Positions 23,940 to 31,131 of a DNA stretch of 64,000 nucleotides are shown here, in pieces. The translations under genes were made by a program, and so were the position numbers. Location of the stretch: contig JAKFFB010000327.1 of NCBI GenBank assembly GCA_036675425.1, forward strand, positions 1,250 to 65,249, in the 5' to 3' direction. The notes beneath the pieces are model-generated. The model worked only from the letters and a program-made list of their open reading frames with translations, had not been told where the DNA came from and made no database searches. The stretch comes from Actinomycetales bacterium. GTDB taxonomy: Bacteria; Actinomycetota; Actinomycetes; Mycobacteriales; SCTD01. Within the stretch, counting starts at the first letter, position 1. Each line of letters starts with the position of its first letter.

Positions 23940-25627
23940 GCGGCTTCCGTCCGCAGGACGACCGCGGCGTAGGCCGGGTCGTGCAGCAGCTCGCGGTGCG
24001 TGCCCGTTGCGACCACGACGCCGTCGACCAGCAGCGCGACGACGTCCGCCCGGTCGAGGACCAGCGGGCTCGTGGTGAGGACGACGGTGGTCCGCCCGCT
24101 GCGCATCTCGTGCAGCCGGTCGGCGATGCGCGCCTCGGTGTGCGCGTCCACCGCGCTGGTCGGCTCGTCGAGGACGAGCACCTCCGGCTCGGCCGTCAGC
24201 GCGCGGGCGAGCACCAGCCGCTGCCGCTGGCCGCCGGACAGCTGCCGGCCGCGCTCCTCGAGCGCGGTGTCGAGGCCGTCCGCGAGCGCCTCGAGAACGT
24301 CCGCGCAGCAGGCGGTCTCGAGAGCCTGCTCGACCGGACCGTCGCCGAGCTCCTCCCGAAGCGAGCCGCTGAAGAGCATCGGCGACTGGTCGACGAGCAC
24401 GACCCGGCGACGCACCTCGGCGAGGGGGAGGTCGCTCAGCAGCACGCCGCCGAGCCGCACCTGACCGTCGTCGACGTAGCGCGCGAGCCGCTCCGCCAGC
24501 GCGGTCGCGGCCGTTGGGTCGGCCGACACCACGGCCGTCAGCGCCCCGGGCTGCACCAGCAGACCTGACGCTGCGTCCTGCAGGGGGGAGCCCTCTGCAG
24601 GGGAGGCCGCAGGACGCAGCGGGAGGTCGGGGAGCAGTGGTTCGTACGCCAGCAGGGCGATCACCCGACGTGCGGCGACCAGCGCGCGGGTCACCTTGTC
24701 GGCCGCCTCGGTGAAGGTCCGCAGCGGCGTGACGAGGAAGGCCGCGTAGCCGTAGAACGCGACCAGGTCGCCGGTGGAGATGCTGCCGTTGACCGCGAAG
24801 CGCGCGCCGAGCCAGGTGACCAGCACGACGAAGACGCCGGGCACGAGGACCTGCGCGGCGTCGAGCAGCGCCTGGCTGCGCGCCACCTCGACGCCGGCGG
24901 TGCGGACCCGCTGCGACTCCGCCCGGTAGCGGGTGAGGAAGGCGGACTCGCCGCCGATCCCGCGGAGCACGCGGAGCCCGGCGACGGTGTCGGTGCCCAG
25001 GGTGGTCAGCTCGCCGAGCGCGCCGCGCTGGGCGGCCTGCCGGGCGTGCAGCGGCCGGAGCGCGGGGCCGAGGGCGACCACGAAGAGCGGGACCCCGAGC
25101 AGGACCACGGCGCCGAGCACCAGCGAGGAGGACAGCAGCAGCGTCGCGACGAGCAGGAAGGCGACCACCGCTCCCGTCCCGCGAGCGGTGATGTCGAGCG
25201 CGCGACCGACGGCCACGGTGTCGGTCGCGCTGACGCTGACGACCTCACCGGTCGAGGTGCGCCGGGACAGGGAGGCACCGAGCCGGATCGTCTGAGAGCT
25301 GACCCACTGGGTGGTGCGGAAGGTCGCGAGCATCCAGTTGGCGACGGCGAAACGGTGACGCAGGACGCCGGACGCGCCCTGCACAACCGCGAGCCCGACG
25401 AGCACGAGCACCCACCGGACGAGGGCGTCGGAGTCCTCTCCCGCGATCCCCTCGTCGACGACCCGACCGAGGACGTACGGCACGAGCGCCTGACCGCCCA
25501 TCCAGACCACGCCGAACGCCATCCCGCCCAGCACGGTCCAGCGCTGCAGCAGCACCACCCGCCACAGGTAGCGGGCGGGCGACCGCAGGTCCGGGGTGCC
25601 CGGGTCGGCGAGCGGGAAGGACTGCAC
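23936..25627 (-). CDS. ABC exporter subunit (TMD-NBD) lacking a Walker A lysine and the H-loop histidine
   Basis: The exporter TMD is present. The NBD has an intact signature LSGGQRQRLVLARAL and Walker B VLVLDEPTS. However, the Walker A position reads AVVSADPTAATAL and the H-loop reads VVLTTSPL. A 4-nt overlap couples it to the downstream partner. Confidence 0.9.
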   Translation of the reverse strand: MQSFPLADPGTPDLRSPARYLWRVVLLQRWTVLGGMAFGVVWMGGQALVPYVLGRVVDEGIAGEDSDALVRWVLVLVGLAVVQGASGVLRHRFAVANWMLATFRTTQWVSSQTIRLGASLSRRTSTGEVVSVSATDTVAVGRALDITARGTGAVVAFLLVATLLLSSSLVLGAVVLLGVPLFVVALGPALRPLHARQAAQRGALGELTTLGTDTVAGLRVLRGIGGESAFLTRYRAESQRVRTAGVEVARSQALLDAAQVLVPGVFVVLVTWLGARFAVNGSISTGDLVAFYGYAAFLVTPLRTFTEAADKVTRALVAARRVIALLAYEPLLPDLPLRPAASPAEGSPLQDAASGLLVQPGALTAVVSADPTAATALAERLARYVDDGQVRLGGVLLSDLPLAEVRRRVVLVDQSPMLFSGSLREELGDGPVEQALETACCADVLEALADGLDTALEERGRQLSGGQRQRLVLARALTAEPEVLVLDEPTSAVDAHTEARIADRLHEMRSGRTTVVLTTSPLVLDRADVVALLVDGVVVATGTHRELLHDPAYAAVVLRTEAA

Positions 25628-25663
25628 GTGGGTCCACGCTACGGCCCGGTCCAGCGGATTAGC

Positions 25664-25861
25664 TCACGAGCGAGGCGCGCGGCGCAGCGTCGACAGCAGG
25701 CCGATCGTGCCGACGGCCATCAGTGCGCCGGGCCAGACCCACCGGTCGTCGAGATCGACCGCCGTGAGGTCGCCGAGCAGGAAGAGCCCCGCGATCAGCA
25801 CCAGGAGCAGCCCTGCCATCAAGGACACGGAGTCCTGCTCGTGCTTGCGGTCAGCGGACAC
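25664..25861 (-). CDS. Small two-TM membrane protein downstream of the PspC/LiaF gene
   Basis: 65 aa starting from GTG 25861 (or Met at 25819). Two hydrophobic helices: LMAGLLLVLIAGLFLLG and WPGALMAVGTIGLL. It overlaps the upstream stop by 11 nt. Confidence 0.5.
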   Translation of the reverse strand: MSADRKHEQDSVSLMAGLLLVLIAGLFLLGDLTAVDLDDRWVWPGALMAVGTIGLLSTLRRAPRS

Positions 25862-26960
25862 GTCGCACCTCGATCTCGCCCAGGCCGAGCTCGAGGTCGA
25901 GCTCGACGGTGACGTCGTCGGAGGACCCGACGACGAACTGCTCCGATCGGCCGGCGTCGCCGTCGCGCTCCAGCGCACGTCCCTCGACGTCGTCGGCCGT
26001 GATCTCACCGACGCCGAGCTCCGCGTCGACGCTGACCGACATCCCGGCCGGGACGAGCACCACCAGGTGCCCCACCCCGATCGAGGCCTCGACCTCGGCG
26101 ACCTGGCCCTCGTCCAGACCGCGCAGGCCGCGGAGGTCCACGACCCCTTCGCCGATGCCGAGCGAGTAGCTGCCGCCGTCGGCAGCGCGCCAGCTGCGCT
26201 CCCCGACGCCGTCGCCGAAGCCGGCCGCACCGGCCGCCGCGCTGGCGCCGAGCGCCAGCGCCACGACGACCCCCGGAACCATCAGCCAGCGCGCCCGGCC
26301 CCAGACCGTCCCCACCAGCAGACCGGCGCCGATCACCAGCAGCGCGACGGCGAGGATCCGCGGGACCGTCAGCCCGTCGACCCCGCTCTCGCGGACGGCC
26401 CACAGCACGCCCGTCACGAGCACCGCGATGCTCAGCGTGATGCCGCCGAGAGCCGAGCGCTCCCGCGGTTCCTGAACGGGGACGACCGGCGGCGGCGAGC
26501 CGGGCTCGACCAACGGCGCCGGTCCGTAGGCCCCCGGTGCCGGCGGGTTCTCGCGCCGCTCCCTCACGACGAGGTAGGCGACGACGCCGACGACGAGCAG
26601 CACCCCGAGACCCGCGCCGTCGTCAACGGCACCCAGCACCACGACGCCGGCGAGGACGAGGAGCACGATGCCCGCCACCGACAGGCCCCGGTCCGGGGAG
26701 CGCAGGTGACGCTCGGCCCACGACTCGGGCTCGCCGACCTTCGGGATGAGCAGCCAGCCGAGCACGTAGAGGACGAGGCCGGCGCCGCCGAACACCGCGA
26801 GGACGGCGACCGTCACGCGCCAGAGCACGGGGTCGGTCCCGGTGTAGCGGCCCATGGCGGCGGCGACGCCGGCCACGACCTTGTCGTCCGGGTCCCGCGC
26901 CAGCCGGCGCGGTTCCGGGGGCGGCGGGGGAGGAGGCGTGTCGTACGCGGTCTCTGTCAT
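25851..26960 (-). CDS. PspC-domain membrane protein with a LiaF-like C-terminal domain
   Basis: ATG 26960. The N-terminal PspC domain reads RDPDDKVVAGVAAAMGRYTGTDPVLWRVTVAVL. Multiple TM helices follow. The C-terminal beta-rich repeat is VDLRGL...EASIGVGHLVVLVPAG...VELDLELGLGEIEV. Confidence 0.8.
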   Translation of the reverse strand: MTETAYDTPPPPPPPEPRRLARDPDDKVVAGVAAAMGRYTGTDPVLWRVTVAVLAVFGGAGLVLYVLGWLLIPKVGEPESWAERHLRSPDRGLSVAGIVLLVLAGVVVLGAVDDGAGLGVLLVVGVVAYLVVRERRENPPAPGAYGPAPLVEPGSPPPVVPVQEPRERSALGGITLSIAVLVTGVLWAVRESGVDGLTVPRILAVALLVIGAGLLVGTVWGRARWLMVPGVVVALALGASAAAGAAGFGDGVGERSWRAADGGSYSLGIGEGVVDLRGLRGLDEGQVAEVEASIGVGHLVVLVPAGMSVSVDAELGVGEITADDVEGRALERDGDAGRSEQFVVGSSDDVTVELDLELGLGEIEVRRVR

Positions 26961-26994
26961 GACGTCGACGATGGACGCTTCCGGCCCCCGGCAC

Positions 26995-27038
26995 ATCAGG
27001 GACCGACCCTGGTCCTGCCCTCAGGGTCGCTCCCTGAT
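26995..27038. promoter_or_regulatory. Nested 44-bp palindrome centred between the divergent psp-like operons (candidate operator)
   Basis: ATCAGGGA-cc-GACCCTG-gtcctgccct-CAGGGTC-gc-TCCCTGAT. Its centre (27016.5) coincides with the midpoint of start codons 26960 (-) and 27072 (+). Confidence 0.5.
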
Positions 27039-27071
27039 CCTCCGACGGCGCGTGCGTGGAACCCTGAGCCG

Positions 27072-28226
27072 GTGATCGCTCCTGCTCCTGCGCCGCCGCG
27101 GCTGACGCGCGCCACGGAGGGGCGCGCGCTCGGCGGTGTCGCGGCCGGGGTCGCCGAGCACCTGGGCCTGCCGCCGCTGGTGATCCGGGGCGCCTTCCTC
27201 GTGCTCGCCCTGTCGGGTGGCGTGGGCATCGCGATGTACGCCGCGCTCTGGGTCGTCACCCCGCAGGCCGAGGGCGCCCGGCCGGCCGACGCGTCCGACC
27301 GGGTGCAGCTGCTCGCCCTGGCGGCGCTCGGACTCGGCGGCTTCCTGCTCCTGCAGGGCATGGGCCTGCTGTCGCCGGCGCTGCTCCCGCTGCTCGTCGT
27401 CGGCGGAGGCGTGGCCCTCGTCTGGCGGCAGGCCGACGAGGTGCAGCGGGCGCGGTGGCGGTCCGCCCGGGGCCGCGGTCCGCTGATCGTGGTGGCCGGC
27501 GCCGTGCTCGTCGCCGGGGGGCTGATCGGCTTCGCGGCCACCCGCGGCGAGCTCCAGGCCGCCCGTGAGGGGCTGCTCTTCACCGGCCTCGCGGTGGTCG
27601 GTCTCGTGCTCCTGTCCGCGCCGTGGTGGGTCCGCCTGTCGGCGGACCTGCGGCACGAGCGACGGGAGCGCATCCGCTCCCAGGAGCGGGCCGAGGTGGC
27701 GGCGCACGTGCACGACTCGGTGCTGCAGACCCTCGCCCTGATCCGCAAGGCGGCCGACGACCCGCGCGAGGTGCAGCGGCTGGTCCGCACCTCCGAGCGG
27801 GAGCTGCGCGGCTGGCTCTACCGACCCGGCTCTCCCGCCGAGACCGCCTTCGCCGGCGCGCTCGAGCAGGCCGCGGCCGAGGTCGAGGAGGCGCACGGCG
27901 TTCCGGTCGAGGTGGTCGTCGTCGGCGACTGCCCGACGACACCGCCGCTGCTCGCCCTCGTCGCCGCGGCCCGCGAGGCGATCGTCAACGCGGCGCGGCA
28001 CGCCGGGGTGGACGCCGTGCGGGTCTTCGGCGAGGTGATGGGCGACCGGGTCGAGGTCTTCGTACGCGATCGCGGCTGCGGCTTCGACCCGACCGCGGTG
28101 CCGGACGACCGCTACGGCATCGCGCAGTCCGTCATCGGCCGGATGGCGCGCAACGGCGGCACGGCCGTCGTCCGCAGCAGCCCGGGTGAGGGCACCGAGG
28201 TGCGGCTGGAGGTGCCGCGGTCATGA
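27072..28226 (+). CDS. PspC-domain sensor histidine kinase (LiaS/NarX class)
   Basis: GTG 27072. The N-terminal PspC domain is RALGGVAAGVAEHLGLPPLVIRGAFLVLAL. TM helices follow. The H-box is AAHVHDSVLQTLALI, the N-box AIVNAARHAG, G1 is DRGCGFD and the C-terminus has SSPGEGTEVRLEVP. Confidence 0.85.
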   Translation: MIAPAPAPPRLTRATEGRALGGVAAGVAEHLGLPPLVIRGAFLVLALSGGVGIAMYAALWVVTPQAEGARPADASDRVQLLALAALGLGGFLLLQGMGLLSPALLPLLVVGGGVALVWRQADEVQRARWRSARGRGPLIVVAGAVLVAGGLIGFAATRGELQAAREGLLFTGLAVVGLVLLSAPWWVRLSADLRHERRERIRSQERAEVAAHVHDSVLQTLALIRKAADDPREVQRLVRTSERELRGWLYRPGSPAETAFAGALEQAAAEVEEAHGVPVEVVVVGDCPTTPPLLALVAAAREAIVNAARHAGVDAVRVFGEVMGDRVEVFVRDRGCGFDPTAVPDDRYGIAQSVIGRMARNGGTAVVRSSPGEGTEVRLEVPRS

Positions 28227-28876
28227 CCGGTCCCCGCGTGGTCCTCGTCGACGACCACCGGCTCTTCCGCGCCGGCGTGCGCAGCGAGCTGGGCGACGCC
28301 GTCGAGGTGGTGGGGGAGGCGGAGACCGTTGCCGAGGCGGTGGTGCTCATCCGCGAGCTGCAGCCGGACGTGGTCCTGCTCGACGTCCACATGCCCGACG
28401 GGGGAGGCCGAGCCGTGCTCGCCGGGGTCGGCTCGTCGGCCCCGCACACCCGGTTCCTGGCGCTGTCGGTGTCGGACGCCGCGGAGGACGTCATCGGCGT
28501 GATCCGGGGCGGGGCAAGGGGTTACGTGACGAAGAGCATCACCGCCCCGGAGCTGGCGGACGCCGTGCGCCGGGTGGCAGACGGCGACGCGGTCTTCTCT
28601 CCGCGGCTCGCCGGCTTCGTCCTCGACGCCTTCGCGTCGTCGACGGAGGAGCCCGCCGCTCCCGACGCCGGTGACGCCGACCTTGACCGGCTCACCGCCC
28701 GGGAGCGCGACGTGCTCCGACTGATCGCTCGCGGCTACACCTACAAGGAGGTCGCGGCCGAGCTGTTCATCTCCGGCAAGACGGTCGAGACGCACGTGTC
28801 GTCGGTGCTGCGCAAGCTGCAGCTCTCCAACCGGCGCGAGCTCTCGCGCTGGGCGGCCGACCGCCGGCTGGTCTGA
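28223..28876 (+). CDS. LuxR/NarL-family response regulator (LiaR-like)
   Basis: ATGA overlap with the kinase gene. The REC domain has VLVDDH, VVLLDVHMPDG and GYVTKS. The HTH reads LTARERDVLRLIARGYTYKEVAAELFISGKTVETHVSSVLRKL. Confidence 0.9.
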   Translation: MTGPRVVLVDDHRLFRAGVRSELGDAVEVVGEAETVAEAVVLIRELQPDVVLLDVHMPDGGGRAVLAGVGSSAPHTRFLALSVSDAAEDVIGVIRGGARGYVTKSITAPELADAVRRVADGDAVFSPRLAGFVLDAFASSTEEPAAPDAGDADLDRLTARERDVLRLIARGYTYKEVAAELFISGKTVETHVSSVLRKLQLSNRRELSRWAADRRLV

Positions 28877-28890
28877 CCCTCGACTGCTGC

Positions 28891-28953
28891 TGATCCACGC
28901 GGAAGCAGAGGTGGATCCGTAGCGCGAAACCACCTCGAGGTCCGCGTGGATCA
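28891..28953. repeat. 63-nt nested inverted repeat downstream of the regulator gene (terminator-like or REP-like element)
   Basis: The outer arms TGATCCACGCGGA (28891-28903) and TCCGCGTGGATCA (28941-28953) are perfect 13-mers. The inner arms are GAGGTGG (28908-28914) and CCACCTC (28930-28936). Confidence 0.6.
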
Positions 28954-28989
28954 CGGGGAGGTGGGTTCGACCCCCGGTAGCGTCTGCGC

Positions 28990-30051
28990 ATGAGCAGTCC
29001 CAGCGCGCGGGAGCGCCGCCTGCTGGCCCCGGCGCGACCCGGCCGTCTCGGCTCCTGGATCTACGCGCTGCGCACCGCGAACCCCCCGCCGTCGATCCCG
29101 ATCCCCGAGCTCGACCCGGTGACCCGCTGGCTGGTCGTCACCCGCGCCGCGGTGCTGCCGATGACGCTCTTCGCCGGCCTGGTCGCCGGGCTGCTGGCGA
29201 TGCGGGCCGACGGGTTCTCCTGGCCGCTCTACCTGCTGGCGCTGCTGGGGATCCTGCTCGCCCACGCCTGCAACAACCTCATGAACGACCTTTCCGACAC
29301 CGATGTCGGCTCCGACCGCGACGAGCGCCCGCGCACGCTCTACGCCCCGCACCCGCTGCTGTCCGGGATGGTCCGCCGCAAGCAGATGGGGCTGGCCGTC
29401 ATCGGCCTCAACCTGGCCGGCTTCCTGATCATGGTGGTCCTCGCCACGCAGCGCGGCTGGCCCGTGATCGCCTTCGCCGTCGGCGGTCTGCTGCTGTCGG
29501 TCGCCTACACCGCGCCGCCGCTCCGGCTGAAGAAGCGGGGCCTGGGTGAGCTCGACGTGCTCGTCACCTGGGGGCCGCTGATGGTCGCCGGGACCTACTA
29601 CTCCGCGGTCGGCGAGCTGCCGTGGCAGGTCTGGCTGGCGAGCGTGCCGTACGGCCTGCTCTGCACGTCCGTGCTGATGGGCAAGCACATCGACAAGCTC
29701 GCGTACGACGCCGCGGACGGGACGCGGACGCTGCCGGTGATCCTCGGCGACGCCCGGGCGCGGGCGGTCACGATCGGGCTGCTGCTCGGCTTCTACGTCC
29801 TCACCGGGCTGGCCATCGCCGTCGAGGCGCTGCCCTGGCCGGTGCTGCTGGTGGCGCTGGCCCTGCCGACGCTGCGCAAGGCGTCCGGCGCGCTGCGCAA
29901 GCCCGCGCCGGACGCGCCGCCCCCGGGCTTCCCGGTGTGGCCGCTGTGGTTCGCCGCGATCGCGTTCGTGCACGTGCGGCGTGCGGGTGGCCTGCTCGTG
30001 CTGGGGCTCGCCGCAGCAGCGGTCACCGGCACCGGTCTCCCGCTAGGTTGA
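28990..30051 (+). CDS. UbiA-family aromatic prenyltransferase
   Basis: Polytopic membrane protein. The first Asp-rich motif is NNLMNDLSDTDVGSD. A second conserved region is KHIDKLAYD. Confidence 0.8.
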   Translation: MSSPSARERRLLAPARPGRLGSWIYALRTANPPPSIPIPELDPVTRWLVVTRAAVLPMTLFAGLVAGLLAMRADGFSWPLYLLALLGILLAHACNNLMNDLSDTDVGSDRDERPRTLYAPHPLLSGMVRRKQMGLAVIGLNLAGFLIMVVLATQRGWPVIAFAVGGLLLSVAYTAPPLRLKKRGLGELDVLVTWGPLMVAGTYYSAVGELPWQVWLASVPYGLLCTSVLMGKHIDKLAYDAADGTRTLPVILGDARARAVTIGLLLGFYVLTGLAIAVEALPWPVLLVALALPTLRKASGALRKPAPDAPPPGFPVWPLWFAAIAFVHVRRAGGLLVLGLAAAAVTGTGLPLG

Positions 30052-30055
30052 CCGC

Positions 30056-30385
30056 GTGCTCGACCTGCTGCTGGCCGCCGTCGCCTTCCCGCTGATCGTC
30101 GCCGTCGGCCTCGTGCTGCTCGCCGCCGTCACCCTGGCGCCCTTCGTCGTGGCGCTGCAGATGGCCGAGACGCGGGCCTTCTCGGCCACCCGGTGGGGCG
30201 CGTTCGCGCTGGTCGCCTGCGGGCTGGGGCTGCTGCTCGCGCTGGTGTTCTACCGCTCGGACAGCGTGCCCTCGGCGGCCGCGCTGCTGCCGCTGGTGCT
30301 GACCTGGGCCGGCCCGGGTGCGCTGTGGCTGCTCACCGGCGAGGAGGCCGCGATCGGCGGCCGCGCCGGAGCCCACGAGCGCTAG
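30056..30385 (+). CDS. Small hydrophobic membrane protein, function unknown
   Basis: 109 aa with a GTG start and three predicted TM helices. Third-position GC is high. No motif recognised. Confidence 0.5.
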   Translation: MLDLLLAAVAFPLIVAVGLVLLAAVTLAPFVVALQMAETRAFSATRWGAFALVACGLGLLLALVFYRSDSVPSAAALLPLVLTWAGPGALWLLTGEEAAIGGRAGAHER

Positions 30386-31108
30386 CTAGCCGGTCGGGAC
30401 CACGCGGAAGGCCTCGGCCAGCCGGCCCTCGGCGAAGCCGGCGGTGACCGCGTGCATCCCGAGCCAGCCGCGGAGCATGCCCTCCAGGTCCTCCATGTGC
30501 GAGGTCTGCGACACGTGCGCGAGCAGCGCGGCGTGCTTGCGCTCGAAGGTCTCCGTCACGTCGACGTAGCGGTTGGGACCGGCCGTCGTACCGCCCATCA
30601 CCCACACCTCGTCGACGGTCCACGCCTCCAGGCCCTCGGCGGCCAGCTCGAGGTGGGCGAAGGGGTTGCGCGCGTCCGGGTAGACGGCGCTGATCGCCGC
30701 CTCGCCCGCCGCGAGGTGGTCGGGATGGGAGGAGTAGATGCGCTCCCAGTTGCGCTCCGGCGACTGGATGATCATGCGCTGCGGGCGCTTCTGCCGGATG
30801 ACGCGGCTGATGTCGCGGCGCAGCTCGACGGTCGCGGCGAGCCGCCCGTCCGGGTAGCCGAGGAAGGTCACGTCCTCGACGCCGAGCTCCTTCGCGGCCG
30901 CACGCTGCTCGGCCTGCCGGATGCCCGCGATCTGGTCGCGCGGCACGTCCGGGTCGAAGCCGCCCGCGTCGCCGTCCGTGCAGATGCAGTACGACACCTC
31001 GATCCCGGCGGCGGTCCAGCTCGCCACGGTGCCGCCGGCGCCGAAATCGACGTCGTCGGGGTGGGCCGTGACGACCAGCGCCCGCTCGACGGGGGTCTCC
31101 TCTGTCAT
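30386..31108 (-). CDS. PIG-L/LmbE-family N-acetylglucosaminyl deacetylase
   Basis: The motifs VVTAHPDDVDFGAGGT and HPDH are characteristic of the zinc-dependent PIG-L family. Confidence 0.85.
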   Translation of the reverse strand: MTEETPVERALVVTAHPDDVDFGAGGTVASWTAAGIEVSYCICTDGDAGGFDPDVPRDQIAGIRQAEQRAAAKELGVEDVTFLGYPDGRLAATVELRRDISRVIRQKRPQRMIIQSPERNWERIYSSHPDHLAAGEAAISAVYPDARNPFAHLELAAEGLEAWTVDEVWVMGGTTAGPNRYVDVTETFERKHAALLAHVSQTSHMEDLEGMLRGWLGMHAVTAGFAEGRLAEAFRVVPTG

Positions 31109-31114
31109 GCCCCG

Positions 31115-31124
31115 AACCTAGACT
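31115..31124. promoter_or_regulatory. Overlapping candidate -10 hexamers for two divergent leaderless transcripts
   Basis: TAGACT (31119-31124, + strand) ends 7 nt before GTG 31132. TAGGTT (- strand, 31120-31115) ends 6 nt before ATG 31108. Only 23 bp separate the two start codons and neither has an SD. Confidence 0.35.
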
Positions 31125-31131
31125 GACGAGG

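Noticed and set aside
28955-28987. tRNA-like fragment upstream of the UbiA gene: GTGGG-TTCGA-CCCCC resembles a T-arm, and gcagagg (28905-28911) is 6/7 complementary to cgtctgc (28981-28987) like an acceptor stem.
   Set aside because: No D-arm or anticodon arm can be folded in between, because the intervening sequence forms the long palindrome instead. There is no CCA or discriminator context. At most it is a tRNA-derived remnant or coincidence, not a tRNA gene.
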